Below are positions 19,625 through 33,262 of a stretch of DNA of 64,000 nucleotides, piece after piece. The stretch is from Candidatus Bathyarchaeota archaeon. GTDB lineage: Archaea; Thermoproteota; Bathyarchaeia; Bathyarchaeales; Bathycorpusculaceae. The notes beneath the pieces were generated by a model that was given only the letters and a program-made list of their open reading frames with translations, made no database searches and was not told where the DNA came from. Position numbers and translations under genes: made by a program. Within the stretch, counting starts at the first letter, position 1. Each line of letters opens with the position of its first letter. Where the stretch lies: contig OY969706.1 in the NCBI GenBank assembly GCA_963702095.1, positions 2,240,001 to 2,304,000 on the forward strand. The letters are read 5' to 3'.

Positions 19625-21724
19625 TTAAGATAGCAGTGCCCGTTCAAAATCCTGCATAATCTCTTTCTCGTAGGGCGGTCGAACCTGCAGAACATCCTCT
19701 ATGTAGGCGCGTAAGGGTTCAGCTACACTCCACGCTTGAGCAATGCAGCCCCTCGGCGTATACGGGGAATCGCCGTCGCAGATTTCGTTGATGGTGCCTA
19801 AACCGCCCCGCCTAACCTCACCCGTGAACAATGGCATAATAAAATTGTTTTGCGCATATTGCACGCTGTTGGCGCCATAGCCTTTCGCTTTCAGATAAGC
19901 CGTTGCCAACGGTCCAGTGAGCCAAGCCCAAATCGAGCCGTTATGGTAGGCTCTGTCGCGGTCCGAACGGTCACCCTCATATCTGCCCTTGTAGCGGCTG
20001 TCTCTGGGTGAAAGCGTTCGCAACCCAGCCGGCGTCAAAAGCTCGGAAGTAACAAAATCCACAACAAGGTTAGCCCTCTCATTATCAACCATAGAGAAGT
20101 CAAGCGCGCAGGCAATGAGTTGGTTGGGTCTAGTTGAGAGATCAACTTGCCCAGCCTCATTGACGACATCGTAGAGGCAGTTTCTGTCACTGTTCCAGAA
20201 TTTCTCGTTAAAACTCGATTTTGCCTGCTCAGCCATACCAGAGTATTCTTCAGCTAATTTTTTCTCTCCGAATTTAGTGGCTAACAGCTGCATCGTTCGC
20301 AGGGTATTGTACCATAAGGCTTGGACCTCTACAGCTGTTCCAGCTCGGGGCGTGAAGGGCATGTCATCGACCACAGTATCCATCCATGTAAGCTGGGGTC
20401 CATGCGCGAGCAATCCGTCTGGGTCAACGTGGATGCGGTTGATTGTGCCCTGTTTGTGGTTTTCCACGATGTCTTTTAGCATGGGCCAAAGCACGTTCTG
20501 GACGAACGCAAAGCTTCCAGTGTATTTGAGGTACTGCAAAACAGAGTTGATGTACCAAAGTGTGCCGTCGACGGTGTTGTAGAGGGGTTCACCTGTTTTG
20601 TCATCAATCAGATTCGGCACAAGCCCCCGGTTGCAGTACTGCATGTAATCGGTGATGACGCTTTTTGCATCGTCGTATCTGCCAGTGGTAAGCATCAAAC
20701 CGGGCAGCGAAACAAAGGTGTCGCGCCCCCAAGAGCCAAACCATTGATAGCCAGCAATGACAAAACGCCGATTATTGGTGCCTTTGACTATGAAGTCGTT
20801 TGCCGCCTGCAGAAGCCAACTTAAACCATCAGTAGCCTCCACCTGTTTATGCATACTGTAAAACTTTTCAACCATAGCTTCTCTTCGCTGCATCTCCAAA
20901 TTAAGGGAATTCTCTACAGCCGCAATGTTAGCTCCTAAACTGTCCGAGCCCCTCCACGCCTCCACCGAAGTGTCACCTACAACAGCGGTAACTGCAAATT
21001 GGGCAGTGCTGTTTTTGGATACTTGGAACTCAAAGTACCCCGGCTGATAGCTTTGGTCCATGCTTGATTCGCCCCGGTTGGCTTCTTCACGGTAAAATAT
21101 GCCCTCAATCCAGACAGGTTTCGCGACGAATTTGCCGTCAAGCGCCCTTAGGACTACAGTAGAGGTGGGGTTTTGAAAGGTTAACTCGTCGGCGTTTTCT
21201 CTTTGTGTTTCACTAATGGAAACAGGTTTTTGTTGTCTGTTTATCACTTCATGGTAGTGCCTGTACGAGACCAAGGGGTACATGCGTATGGTAGCCTCCG
21301 CGTCAGATTGATTCTTGACCGCATAGAAGGCTGCGACAGCGTTTTGTTCATTGGGCAAAAAAACAGTTTTGGTTAACTCGACTGGGCCAGCAGTGTATGT
21401 GTGGGTGGGGAAGGGTGAGATGGAGAACTCTTTTAGCAGCGTGTAGCCGTTGGGGTAGATGGTGTGTTGGAAATCGTTTGCGCCCAACTGGTAGGTTTGC
21501 CCGTTCACTTCGACGTCTTCGTCGATTTTTGACAGAATAACCGTTCTTTCCCCAGGAGGCCGCAGGGCTGCAACGAGCAGAGCATGGTATTTTCTGTTGT
21601 TGAGGTTTAGGGCTGTTGAAGAAGCATAGCTTCCTAACCCATTAGTTATCAACCACTCGTTTTTGTTGGCGTCGTCAAAACGTGAGAGTTCCTCTTTGGT
21701 AAAAATGATGGATGGTAGCCTCAT
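19625..21724 (-). CDS. Glycogen debranching enzyme (amylo-alpha-1,6-glucosidase, archaeal type)
   Basis: EWLITNGLGSYAS, IAGYxWFxxWGRDTF, LTWMD, AYHNG and QAWSVAE motifs. Confidence 0.93.
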   Translation of the reverse strand: MRLPSIIFTKEELSRFDDANKNEWLITNGLGSYASSTALNLNNRKYHALLVAALRPPGERTVILSKIDEDVEVNGQTYQLGANDFQHTIYPNGYTLLKEFSISPFPTHTYTAGPVELTKTVFLPNEQNAVAAFYAVKNQSDAEATIRMYPLVSYRHYHEVINRQQKPVSISETQRENADELTFQNPTSTVVLRALDGKFVAKPVWIEGIFYREEANRGESSMDQSYQPGYFEFQVSKNSTAQFAVTAVVGDTSVEAWRGSDSLGANIAAVENSLNLEMQRREAMVEKFYSMHKQVEATDGLSWLLQAANDFIVKGTNNRRFVIAGYQWFGSWGRDTFVSLPGLMLTTGRYDDAKSVITDYMQYCNRGLVPNLIDDKTGEPLYNTVDGTLWYINSVLQYLKYTGSFAFVQNVLWPMLKDIVENHKQGTINRIHVDPDGLLAHGPQLTWMDTVVDDMPFTPRAGTAVEVQALWYNTLRTMQLLATKFGEKKLAEEYSGMAEQAKSSFNEKFWNSDRNCLYDVVNEAGQVDLSTRPNQLIACALDFSMVDNERANLVVDFVTSELLTPAGLRTLSPRDSRYKGRYEGDRSDRDRAYHNGSIWAWLTGPLATAYLKAKGYGANSVQYAQNNFIMPLFTGEVRRGGLGTINEICDGDSPYTPRGCIAQAWSVAEPLRAYIEDVLQVRPPYEKEIMQDFERALLS

Positions 21725-21851
21725 CTTTTAGATCAGATCCTTGCGGATAAACTGAATACGTGCGTTGATAAAAGCCTATGTTGGCACTAAAAGTTAGCAA
21801 TACACTGCCGCAACTGTTTCAGTGCTAGAAAATTTCTGTTTGCCGGTTTTT

Positions 21852-21950
21852 GGGTATATTGAGGCCTTGGAATAATTAAAGTAAGAAAGATGGAAATGCA
21901 AACCCTATTCCACCGCGAATAGTTAATTCTTCCAAAGCCCTTTCAACCCC
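21852..21950 (-). ncRNA. BHB-closed structured RNA element, diverged orphan copy 8
   Basis: Minus strand reads GGG-GUUG-AAA-GGGCUUUGGAA...UUCCAAGGCCU-CAAU-AUA-CCC; inner UUGCAUUUCCAU retained. Confidence 0.7.
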
Positions 21951-22277
21951 TTGAACAGTTCTGAGCAGCATTTTTCAGTATTTATAATTTGCGACTCACC
22001 TCTTTTATTATGCCTTTTATTTAGGTAAAAGGGGCTAAAACGTTTAATCTTCGTCAATATTAATCAATTAGGCATCTTTTTTAGCAATTAAACCGACATT
22101 TTCACATCCCTCAGAATTCCCTGCGCCATTACTTTGATGATGACTTGGAACGGTAAGATGAGTTCCATTTAACCCATTTGTTAGTAATAAGCTAAGAAAG
22201 CCGAAACTTAGCTTAGTAACCAAACCTAATCTTACAGGAAACCTTTTATCAGAAATGCAGGCTAATCAGAGATTGGA

Positions 22278-23165
22278 ATGAGGAAAATATCGTTAGTAAT
22301 CCTTACAGCAATTATATTGTTAACAATAGCTGAAACACAGCTTAGCAATCAAGCACACGCAAATCCATACAGATATGTCCCACATGTTACCAATATTCCG
22401 CCACCAGCAGGCACACAAGCACCAATAATTTCCATACACACACCACAGAATGGTTCAGCTTATCCAAAAAATATCATCCCGCTAACCTTTGAAGTAATTA
22501 TTCCTAAAACAAATGGAGAGAAATCAATAGGTCAGATAAGTGAGTTATATTATAAAGCCAGTTGGGAACCAAAGGAAATCCAAATTATTGATAGACCATT
22601 TTTTGAGAACACTTCATTCTCAATAGACCTCTATGTTATCTCAGGAGGTAATCTCTCACTCAAAATCTACGCAGTTGGCAATGGTGGTTACGAGAACCGA
22701 ACTGAACTCACAGACTTTGAAAGGCACCAGTATTATGACCAATTTGAAATGAATAGCTCCTCAGCTGTTAGCTTTACTCAAGACTTTCTTCCCCCTAAAA
22801 TCACTGTCCTCTCACCACAGAACAGAAGTTATGAGACTTCAGATGTTGAGTTAAATTTTACAGCTAATGAGGTATTGTCCCAAATTCAATACAGCATAGA
22901 TGGTAAGAAAAACCAAACTACTACAGGGAACATAACTCTAACAGGATTAACAAATGGAGCACACAACATAACTTTCTATGCATCTGACTTAGCAGATAAC
23001 AAGGCATTTCCAGAAACTATTGGCTTTAGCGTAAGAAAACCAGAGCCTTTTCCGATCTTGATTTTTGTAGCTGTTATTGCAGTCTTGTCTGTGGTGATTG
23101 CAGCTTTGGGAATGGCTTTTTTTAGATGGCATCGGAAAAGCTCCAAGGCGGCAACCTCCGCTTAG
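22278..23165 (+). CDS. Secreted Ig-like domain protein with C-terminal membrane anchor
   Basis: Signal peptide, PP.I.VLSP.N..Y, YSIDG, G.HNIT.YA.D and C-terminal TM helix. Confidence 0.75.
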   Translation: MRKISLVILTAIILLTIAETQLSNQAHANPYRYVPHVTNIPPPAGTQAPIISIHTPQNGSAYPKNIIPLTFEVIIPKTNGEKSIGQISELYYKASWEPKEIQIIDRPFFENTSFSIDLYVISGGNLSLKIYAVGNGGYENRTELTDFERHQYYDQFEMNSSSAVSFTQDFLPPKITVLSPQNRSYETSDVELNFTANEVLSQIQYSIDGKKNQTTTGNITLTGLTNGAHNITFYASDLADNKAFPETIGFSVRKPEPFPILIFVAVIAVLSVVIAALGMAFFRWHRKSSKAATSA

Positions 23166-23240
23166 AAATGGACTGTTTTATGTGCGCTTATGCTAGTTCT
23201 ACCGATAGAAATTGTATGTCAATTTTTTAAGCGTCTCCAA

Positions 23241-23413
23241 CATGCTTCACATCCACACCGAGACGGTTTCAACATGGAACATGCACCGCGTGTGGAGGAA
23301 AAAGCACTTCCCACACCGAAACAGACGCAGAAAAACGTTGCAACCCCAAAAAACAATCGCCCCCAGTTGCAGTCTTTTGGCACCCCACAAAACCCCACAC
23401 CCACACAAAGACA
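23241..23413. repeat. Dispersed intergenic repeat family B, copy 2
   Basis: High similarity to 5090-5263; lies just past the 23S trailer. Confidence 0.8.
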
Positions 23414-23465
23414 AAAGAACACAGCCAATCCAGCTAAACAAAAAAACAAAACAAGCAACGGTTCT

Positions 23466-23554
23466 CCATGCACAGGCAGAGCATATCTGAAACGCCTAAC
23501 TTTTTCGAAACATGTGTGTCTCATCTAAATATCGCTCAGACACTACATTGACTC
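23466..23554 (-). other. 3' strand of pre-23S processing stem with BHB motif
   Basis: GUCUG-AGCG-AUA-UUUAG pairs with CUAAA-CGCC-AAA-CAGAC at 26586-26602; 23466-23486 is complementary to 26647-26667. Confidence 0.85.
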
Positions 23555-23555
23555 G

Positions 23556-26568
<3,013 letters not shown>

Positions 26569-26571
26569 TAC

Positions 26572-26940
26572 GGGCCAATGGTAGTGTCTGTTTGGCGTTT
26601 AGTGAAACACACATGTTTCAAATATATAGTGTTTTGGCGTCGTTGTATATGCTCTGCCTGTGCATGGTGTCATTTTGAGCGCCAGTAGCGCCCATTCACC
26701 GCTTCACTCCTCATCGTGTTATGGTGGGGAGTTGCATTTACTTGTGTAACCCATGTTACTGGGATTGCATAAGAAGCAGACTCGGCGAATATAAGTGTTA
26801 TGTTACACTTCATCCGCGATTGTCGTCGGTGCCTTATCAGCTTCCGAAGCGCTTCTCCGCATGTGCACCCACATTTTTTTTGGGCAGCATCCCTTAACGA
26901 TAGGGAAACAAACTAAGCATCAAACCCTCAAATAAACCTG
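26572..26940 (-). promoter_or_regulatory. 23S leader with 5' processing-stem strand and putative own promoter
   Basis: Complementary to the trailer; TTTATTT at about 26930-26936 on the minus strand; no 16S between it and the histidine kinase. Confidence 0.6.
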
Positions 26941-27167
26941 TCGCACTAGATAGAACAACAGAACAATATTTTGTTCCAGTTAAGACCATTTAAAAAGAAT
27001 TTTTTTGGGGCTTTTTGAGGCGCTTTTGTTTAATTTCAATCTCCAAGTTCCCGCCTAAACCAGATGTGTGCTAGCGTATAGAAAGCCAAGAACGTGTTTA
27101 TGTTCAAAAAGCGGTTGTTTACTACCCCATTTAGTAATGGTAAATAGTAAGGAACCCCTCTATATTC

Positions 27168-29039
27168 TTGAATGAAATGAGATTAAGAACGCAATTCTTA
27201 ATCAGTCTTCTCGTTTTTGCTTTTTTAGTCGCTGCTTTTGTCTCTTCAGTTCTCTATACGAACGTTCAGTTAGCGCAGCTTCGGGTTAACCGGGATTTGG
27301 CTGAAATGGCGGAGGACAACGCAAGCAACCTTGACTATTTTTTCATGCACTACATGGAGCAACATAACCTAACACAATGGCAAAATCTGGTCTCCCATAT
27401 TAGCCTTGAATTTACCAATCTTAATTCTACTAATCCCAAATTAGTTAACATAGTTATCATAGATTTGAAAAAAGTAAATGACACATTCCACACCAATGCG
27501 CCAGCGATTAATAATACACAATTAAACCAGAGTTCCAATATAGCCCCCTTTCAGGTTCTCTGGAGTACCATTGAAAATCAAACACAACGGCTATCTACAG
27601 ACGCTAAACAACTCAGTGAATGGTTACAGGGGCAAGAACGGCAGATGAATCAGATTAATCTGCTCATGATTTCATCTTTGATAACGTCATTTTTAGCGTA
27701 TTTTGTATTCATGTATCTGCTAGTTTTCAGGCGAACTCTAAAACCGATAAAAGATCTAAGCATAAAAACAAAAAGGACCAAGGAAGTCACTCTACAGATC
27801 CCCCTCACCAGTCAACCCAACGATGAAATCGGAGATTTGTCCAGTGATTTTGATGAGCTCATGGGAGAGCTCAAACAGACAGCAGCCTCCAAAGAGGTGC
27901 TTGAAAAAGAAATTTCTGAGCGTAAAAAAGCTGAGGCTGCATTAGTGGTTGCGCAAGCTCAATTGAAGGATTACGCAAATAATTTGGAAAAAATCGTTGA
28001 GGAAAGAACGAAGAAGGTAGTTGAAAGCGAACAAAGTTATCATGAGTTGTATGAGAGTTTCGGGGAAGCCTTCATTGCGATGGATTGGGAACTCAACATT
28101 ATCCATTGGAATAAGGCAGCGGAAAAAGTGACGACTGTTAAAGCGGAACAGGCGCTGGGGAAAAAAATCTATGATGTTTTTCCCGAAATGCAATCGGTTG
28201 ACGTTACGCCTTATTTTGAGGCTTTGAAGGATAAACAGTCCGCACGCTTCCAAATGAACACTATAAGCAGGGAGACAGGTCGCCTAGCAACTTTTGAAAT
28301 CTCAACCTATCCCTCTACACAGGGCATAATAATCATCGCTGAAGACATAACCGAGGAAGAGAAAACCAAGCGACTATCAGCCATTGGTCAAACGGCAAGT
28401 ATGGTTGGACACGACATTCGCAATCCCCTGCAAGCCATAACCAGCGATGTTTATCTTATCCGAGAGGAATTAGCGACAATCCCGGAATGTGTTGAAAGAG
28501 ACGGTTTACAGGAGAGTCTAAACACTATTGAAGAGAACATTTTCTACATAAACAAGATTGTAAGCGACCTGCAGGATTACACACGACCCCTTGCCCCCTT
28601 GAGCAACGAAGTTAAAGTTAAAGAATTATTGGAGAGCATCCTTGCGAGCACAAAAATTCCCAGTATCATCGAGGTGCAACTTCAAAGTCAAGACGACTTA
28701 GTCATAAACACAGACGGCGATTACCTCAAAAGAATCCTAAGTAATCTATTCATAAATGCGGTGCAGGCTATGCCTAACGGCGGAAAATTAACAATGCAAA
28801 CCAGAAAGATCCGCAACAAAGTGCAGTTCAGCGTCAGAGACACCGGTGTAGGTATGCCTCAGGAGACAAAAGACAAGATTTTCACGCCCTTGTTTACCAC
28901 GAAGTCGAAGGGGCAGGGGTTGGGGTTGGCGGTGGTTAAGCGGCTTGTGGAAGGGTTGAAGGGCCAAATCACCTATGAAAGCCAAGAGGGGAAGGGTACA
29001 GTGTTTTATGTGGAGTTGCCGCTAAAATTAGTCATTTAA
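27168..29039 (+). CDS. Membrane sensor histidine kinase (HAMP-PAS-HisKA-HATPase)
   Basis: HDIRNPL H-box, NL..NAVQAM, DTGVG and GQGLGL. Confidence 0.93.
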   Translation: MNEMRLRTQFLISLLVFAFLVAAFVSSVLYTNVQLAQLRVNRDLAEMAEDNASNLDYFFMHYMEQHNLTQWQNLVSHISLEFTNLNSTNPKLVNIVIIDLKKVNDTFHTNAPAINNTQLNQSSNIAPFQVLWSTIENQTQRLSTDAKQLSEWLQGQERQMNQINLLMISSLITSFLAYFVFMYLLVFRRTLKPIKDLSIKTKRTKEVTLQIPLTSQPNDEIGDLSSDFDELMGELKQTAASKEVLEKEISERKKAEAALVVAQAQLKDYANNLEKIVEERTKKVVESEQSYHELYESFGEAFIAMDWELNIIHWNKAAEKVTTVKAEQALGKKIYDVFPEMQSVDVTPYFEALKDKQSARFQMNTISRETGRLATFEISTYPSTQGIIIIAEDITEEEKTKRLSAIGQTASMVGHDIRNPLQAITSDVYLIREELATIPECVERDGLQESLNTIEENIFYINKIVSDLQDYTRPLAPLSNEVKVKELLESILASTKIPSIIEVQLQSQDDLVINTDGDYLKRILSNLFINAVQAMPNGGKLTMQTRKIRNKVQFSVRDTGVGMPQETKDKIFTPLFTTKSKGQGLGLAVVKRLVEGLKGQITYESQEGKGTVFYVELPLKLVI

Positions 29040-29267
29040 GTATGTGGCTTTTCAAAGTTTTTGATGAAACAATTTTATGGGATTTTAGCTCGAAAAAATA
29101 GGAAAGAGGGTAGCTTTTTGTGTCCTTAATGGCAAACGGAATACCTATTTGCCAAACACCCTACACCTTCCCTACATAAGCTAGATTGTAAGTTCAATGG
29201 TTAATTGAGGAGTAACTTTTATTTGCTTAAAGTTTTATGTGTTGTGTGTTCTGGGCGATATCTGGGT

Positions 29268-29341
29268 GCCTCGATAGCTCAGCCCAGTAGAGCGGCTGCC
29301 TTGTAAGCAGCAGGCCGCGGGAGCAAGGCCCGCTCGAGGCT
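29268..29341 (+). tRNA. tRNA-Thr(UGU) with atypical D and T loops
   Basis: Acceptor GCCTCGA/TCGAGGC plus U73; anticodon arm GCTGC-CT-TGT-AA-GCAGC; T loop AGCAAGG. Confidence 0.88.
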
Positions 29342-29667
29342 CTCAAAAAAATAAAATTTGATATCAGCATTACTGATTAAAAACAATATAGCAACACGGA
29401 AACAGAGTCAAATATTGTTTTTTGTTCTGTTTGTGTTTTGCTCCACTACCTGCCTGCAATCGCCCTCAGACGCTAAAACCCAACAGCAATGCACCGCCAG
29501 TTCCGCTGGTTGTTGTTGTGTATAGGGGGTTTTCTGCAACAACAACTATAAGAAAAATGCAAACCATCCAAACTTTGATCTGCTGTATAAGGAAGGGGGT
29601 CAATGCAGAGCGATGGGTTTGCTAACCCAATGTTTCGCGGTTTTAGCTGCCATTACAGGTTTTTACT

Positions 29668-29916
29668 TTATGCTTCTGGCTCTTCTTCGCCTTTAGCCGC
29701 AAGCTTCTCTTTAATCGCTTTTGTGTCAGTAATCGTTAATTTGTATTTGCGGGCTTGTGTTGAAACGATTTCGTTCTCAAAAAGCTTCTTTAATGATTTG
29801 AAGACTTTTTTGGAAGGCTCACCGGTTTTGTCAGTTAATTCCTGAAGAGATAATTCTTTGCCTTCAACTTGGAGGGTACTTACGACTTTTTCGTCGACTT
29901 TGTTGAGCTTCACCAT
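29668..29916 (-). CDS. Small winged-helix DNA-binding protein
   Basis: LSLQELTDKTG...KKVFKSLKKL; ATG at 29916. Confidence 0.75.
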   Translation of the reverse strand: MVKLNKVDEKVVSTLQVEGKELSLQELTDKTGEPSKKVFKSLKKLFENEIVSTQARKYKLTITDTKAIKEKLAAKGEEEPEA

Positions 29917-29975
29917 AGATACCACTGGTAGTTTTAATTCTCTATCTGCATTTGGCTTTTTGTATTTTGCGGTAA

Positions 29976-30227
29976 CTAAGGCGCAGTATGCATATAGCTT
30001 TGTGGCGGCTGGCGTTCGTGTGTCCGGAAATGGTGTGCGTCGGCTTCTCCGAGGGTGTTTGATATGAAACCGCATTCCATGCATTTGTAGCGTCCATCAG
30101 GGGTGGCTTTGGCGTGAGTTCGACTTCGCAAGCCAGTGGGTTTGCTGCCTTGGTCAACGGGTTCCGCGTCATGTTTGCTTTTGGTTGCTGCGTTGACTGT
30201 TCGAACTTTTTTAGACAAGAAATTCAC
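29976..30227 (-). CDS. Small C2H2 zinc-finger protein
   Basis: YKCMECG...AHHFRTH; GTG start inferred. Confidence 0.65.
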   Translation of the reverse strand: MNFLSKKVRTVNAATKSKHDAEPVDQGSKPTGLRSRTHAKATPDGRYKCMECGFISNTLGEADAHHFRTHERQPPQSYMHTAP

Positions 30228-30466
30228 CAACCATTCTGGGAATTGGCTGGTATCTAAATGTATGTGACTACAACAGAGCAACATTGGATTTTTCTACCGG
30301 TTATACTCCTTTTGCCCTTGCAGAAACCGCTGAATTCGCAGGTTACACATGAGCCTTTAACGCCTAATTCAAAGAATTCGATGACTTATCACGGTTTTAT
30401 TTTGTCTTACACCCAAAAGAGAGGCATAAGCCGAATTTCAGATGCGGACAATCGAAAAAGGAAAAG

Positions 30467-30694
30467 CTATTCAGAAGCCCTTGAAGCCTCGTCTCTGGGT
30501 TTTACGATGCCCTTTCTCTCAGGAGCAACTTTTAACCCGTGATATTCATACATGATTCGAAGAGCGTCGCGGATGGCTTCGTTGCGGCTATTGTAAACGC
30601 CTTTTTCGATCAGGGTGTTTAGTAAATCCAGGTACCGCTTGGTTAAACGGATGGTTATACGTTCACGTTTGTTACCTTCAGACATATCCATCAC
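30467..30694 (-). CDS. Ribbon-helix-helix (CopG/Arc) regulator
   Basis: ITIRL...L..LIEKG.YNSRNEAIRDALR. Confidence 0.88.
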   Translation of the reverse strand: MMDMSEGNKRERITIRLTKRYLDLLNTLIEKGVYNSRNEAIRDALRIMYEYHGLKVAPERKGIVKPRDEASRASE

Positions 30695-30827
30695 TTTTTC
30701 GTTGGCTGCTTAATGGTCAATTTTTTGGGCGCTTCAGATATAAGTGCTTGTCAGACAAACATTCACCATCTATCAGCCCACATGTTGCAAAGCACAAAGC
30801 CCAAAAAAGATTAAAACATATCGGCAA

Positions 30828-31451
30828 TCAAGCGCTCAATTTACCCAGCAGTACACGGAAACCACTTTCCCTAGCCAAAACCTCACAGTTCCCAAACGCA
30901 GCAAGGAACGCTTCAGGAAGGGTTTTGGCGCCGATTTTGCTGCGGATAACCATCTGGAAACTGCCGCCTCCAACCAAAACCTGGGATGCACCAGAAATGA
31001 TGGCTTTAACCGTATCCATGCCTGCGCTTACCGGCGGATTAGAAAGTACACAGTCAAAGCGGTTTTCCGCGACGGGTTCATAGAGGTAGCCATACCGCAC
31101 CTCAGCGTTGCGTATCCGGTTAGCTTCCAAGTTCTGCCTTGCCAACCGCACAGCCCGCATATTCACATCAGACATAACCACATGCAAATGGGGGTTTGAA
31201 GCCGCCGCCGCAATTCCCACTGCGCCGTAGCCGCAGCCGATGTCAAGCGCCATGCCCTTTTGAGGCAAAACCATCGCGTCTATGAGCACGTGGGTTCCTA
31301 AATCCACTTTACGCTTAGAAAAAACGCTCGACGAAGTCAAAAACTCAAAGTTGCGTCCCCGCAGGTTAGCACGCACTAACCCGAAGCGGTCATTGCATTT
31401 GGGCGCAGATGTATAGTAGTGCTCGACGTCTCTACTGCTTTTCTTGCTCAT
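30828..31451 (-). CDS. Class I SAM methyltransferase (RsmC-like)
   Basis: HYY, VFS...VDLGT, LDIGCGYG and SNPP motifs. Confidence 0.88.
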   Translation of the reverse strand: MSKKSSRDVEHYYTSAPKCNDRFGLVRANLRGRNFEFLTSSSVFSKRKVDLGTHVLIDAMVLPQKGMALDIGCGYGAVGIAAAASNPHLHVVMSDVNMRAVRLARQNLEANRIRNAEVRYGYLYEPVAENRFDCVLSNPPVSAGMDTVKAIISGASQVLVGGGSFQMVIRSKIGAKTLPEAFLAAFGNCEVLARESGFRVLLGKLSA

Positions 31452-32459
31452 CGCCGCCTGCACCAGTCTTCCAGACTCGGGGGTAAATGTTGCGTGGCAT
31501 CAGCACCCGCGCCAACGTTGAAACTACACCATGCCTCAAATCAAGCATTTCCTGCGTGGAAACCTTTGCACGACCCAAAGCAATTGCTTCACCTTTAAGC
31601 GTGAAAATTGCGACTACATTGCTTTTTTCTATGCCACTGTCCACCTGCAAAACGCCGGGCGCGGTCAAGTTGGCTCCGTGGCAGAGGGCATCTACCGCAG
31701 AGTCGCGGACGACGATTTTGGGCAGCCCCATAAGCGCGGTTTCCATGGGTTCGATGAATTTGCAGAGGTATGATTGGTCTTTGGTGCGTTCGTACTCGCT
31801 GAACCAGTAGGCGACGTCGTGGAGGGTAACGCATTTGACACTGGTTTCTTGGAAGGGCCTGCGCGGGTTCTGCGGAGCTCTTGCATGTGGCCGCCGACGC
31901 CGAGGATTTCGCCGATGTCGAAGCAGAGTTTGCGGATGTAGGTTCCGCCTTCGCAGCCGACTTTGAAGAGCACGTTTCTGCCGTCGCGTTCGATGTAGTC
32001 GATGTAGTAGATGCGTCTTGTTCGGAGTTGGCGTTTGACTGAGGAACGCAGGGGTGGACGCTGGTAAATTTCGTCTTCGAATAAGCCCAGAACACGTTTG
32101 AGGGAGGCTTCGTCGACTTCGCCATGCAGTTTAAGCACGCAGATGTATTCTTTGCCGCTGTAGAGTAGTGCCTGCACCATCTTTGTGGATTCTTCTAAAG
32201 TTACGGGTAAGACACCGGTGACTTTGGGGTCGAGGGTGCCGCCGTGTCCGATGGCGTCGAGTTTGAGGATTTTTTTGACCCATGCTGCGACTTCGTGACT
32301 TGTGGGTCCGGCGGGTTTGTCGAGGTTTATGGTGCCGTATTTTATGTATTGTTTGGCGGGTCGCTCAGAGGGTGTGCAGCCATATTTTGGGTCTGTGTAG
32401 TCTTCTGCTTTGGTTTGTAATGTGCGTTTGGTTTCCCACGGCGGAAGCGTTCTAGCCAT
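31432..32459 (-). CDS. cbf5: Cbf5/TruB pseudouridine synthase, apparent single-base deletion near 31856
   Basis: DKPAGPTSHE, GHGGTLDP and GTYIRKL; PUA domain is in the second frame; restoring one C gives GPFQETSVKCVTLHD. Confidence 0.92.
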
Positions 32460-32517
32460 TAAGGTTTTTTCTCCTAAACAGGGTAAGAAAAAGAAATCAA
32501 GGTATTAAAGGTTAAAA

Positions 32518-32787
32518 CTAGTAGGTCTGCTTCATTTCGTCTGTTTTGCCTGCAGCTTCAAGCGCTTGGGCAACTTCGTCGTCTGAGGCGCCCCGTTTAA
32601 CATCGATTTTGTCTTCTAGGGGCATAACGTGGCTTATGTTTACGCGTCTGCGTTTTACGCCTGTGAGTTTTTTGGGTCCGGTGACTAAAACGAAGCTTTT
32701 GTCCATGACGTCTATGACAACGCATTTGGTGCAGCATTCGCGTCCTGCTTGTTTAACGCATATTCTGCCGACTTCAATAGCTGGCAT
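32518..32787 (-). CDS. rpl14e: 50S ribosomal protein L14e
   Basis: [16 protein letters not shown]...[17 protein letters not shown]. Confidence 0.95.
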   Translation of the reverse strand: MPAIEVGRICVKQAGRECCTKCVVIDVMDKSFVLVTGPKKLTGVKRRRVNISHVMPLEDKIDVKRGASDDEVAQALEAAGKTDEMKQTY

Positions 32788-32909
32788 GTTTTGGTAATCT
32801 CCTGAAAAACATGTACTGCAGTCGGTAGATATAAGCATAACAGACCAGATGGCAGAAAACAACTGTTTGCCGCTCCCCAACGCCATCCCTCCCCCCATAA
32901 AATCGGTAT

Positions 32910-33166
32910 TGTCTCTTTATGTGGGTGTGACGGTTTGCAGGGTGCCACAAGACGGCAACGGTGGGCGGCTGTTTTTTTTTGGTTGCAACGGTTTTTGGCG
33001 TCTGCTTCGGTGTGGCAATTATGTTTTTCTCTACACTCGGTGCAGAGGCGAGCGCGTACCGTTTGCTTTTTTTCTCACAAGAATAGCAATGGACAACGGA
33101 ATGCAATCGGCATTAGCATGACCCATTTCAGGGTTTCATCTCGCACAATAACCAAAGCCAACCGCC
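32910..33166. repeat. Dispersed intergenic repeat family B, copy 3 (inverted)
   Basis: Reverse complement aligns to 4978-5263, including the ATGGGYCATGCTA block. Confidence 0.75.
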
Positions 33167-33262
33167 TATGAACAAAACAGAGTTTGCAAGTAAGCATATT
33201 TTTAATTTAGCAACGCCTCGTTTTATTTATATAATATTAGGGTATTATGGGCTTGAAAAACT

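Noticed and set aside
22188-22215. Inverted repeat TAAGCTAAG-N10-CTTAGCTTA, and TTGACAA/TTGTCAA at 34561-34589
   Set aside because: Each occurs once in AT-rich promoter DNA; plausible operators but without further support.
31692-31870. cbf5 split as a BHB mRNA intron like those in Crenarchaeota
   Set aside because: No inserted sequence or BHB is visible; a single missing base in a short C run restores the frame.
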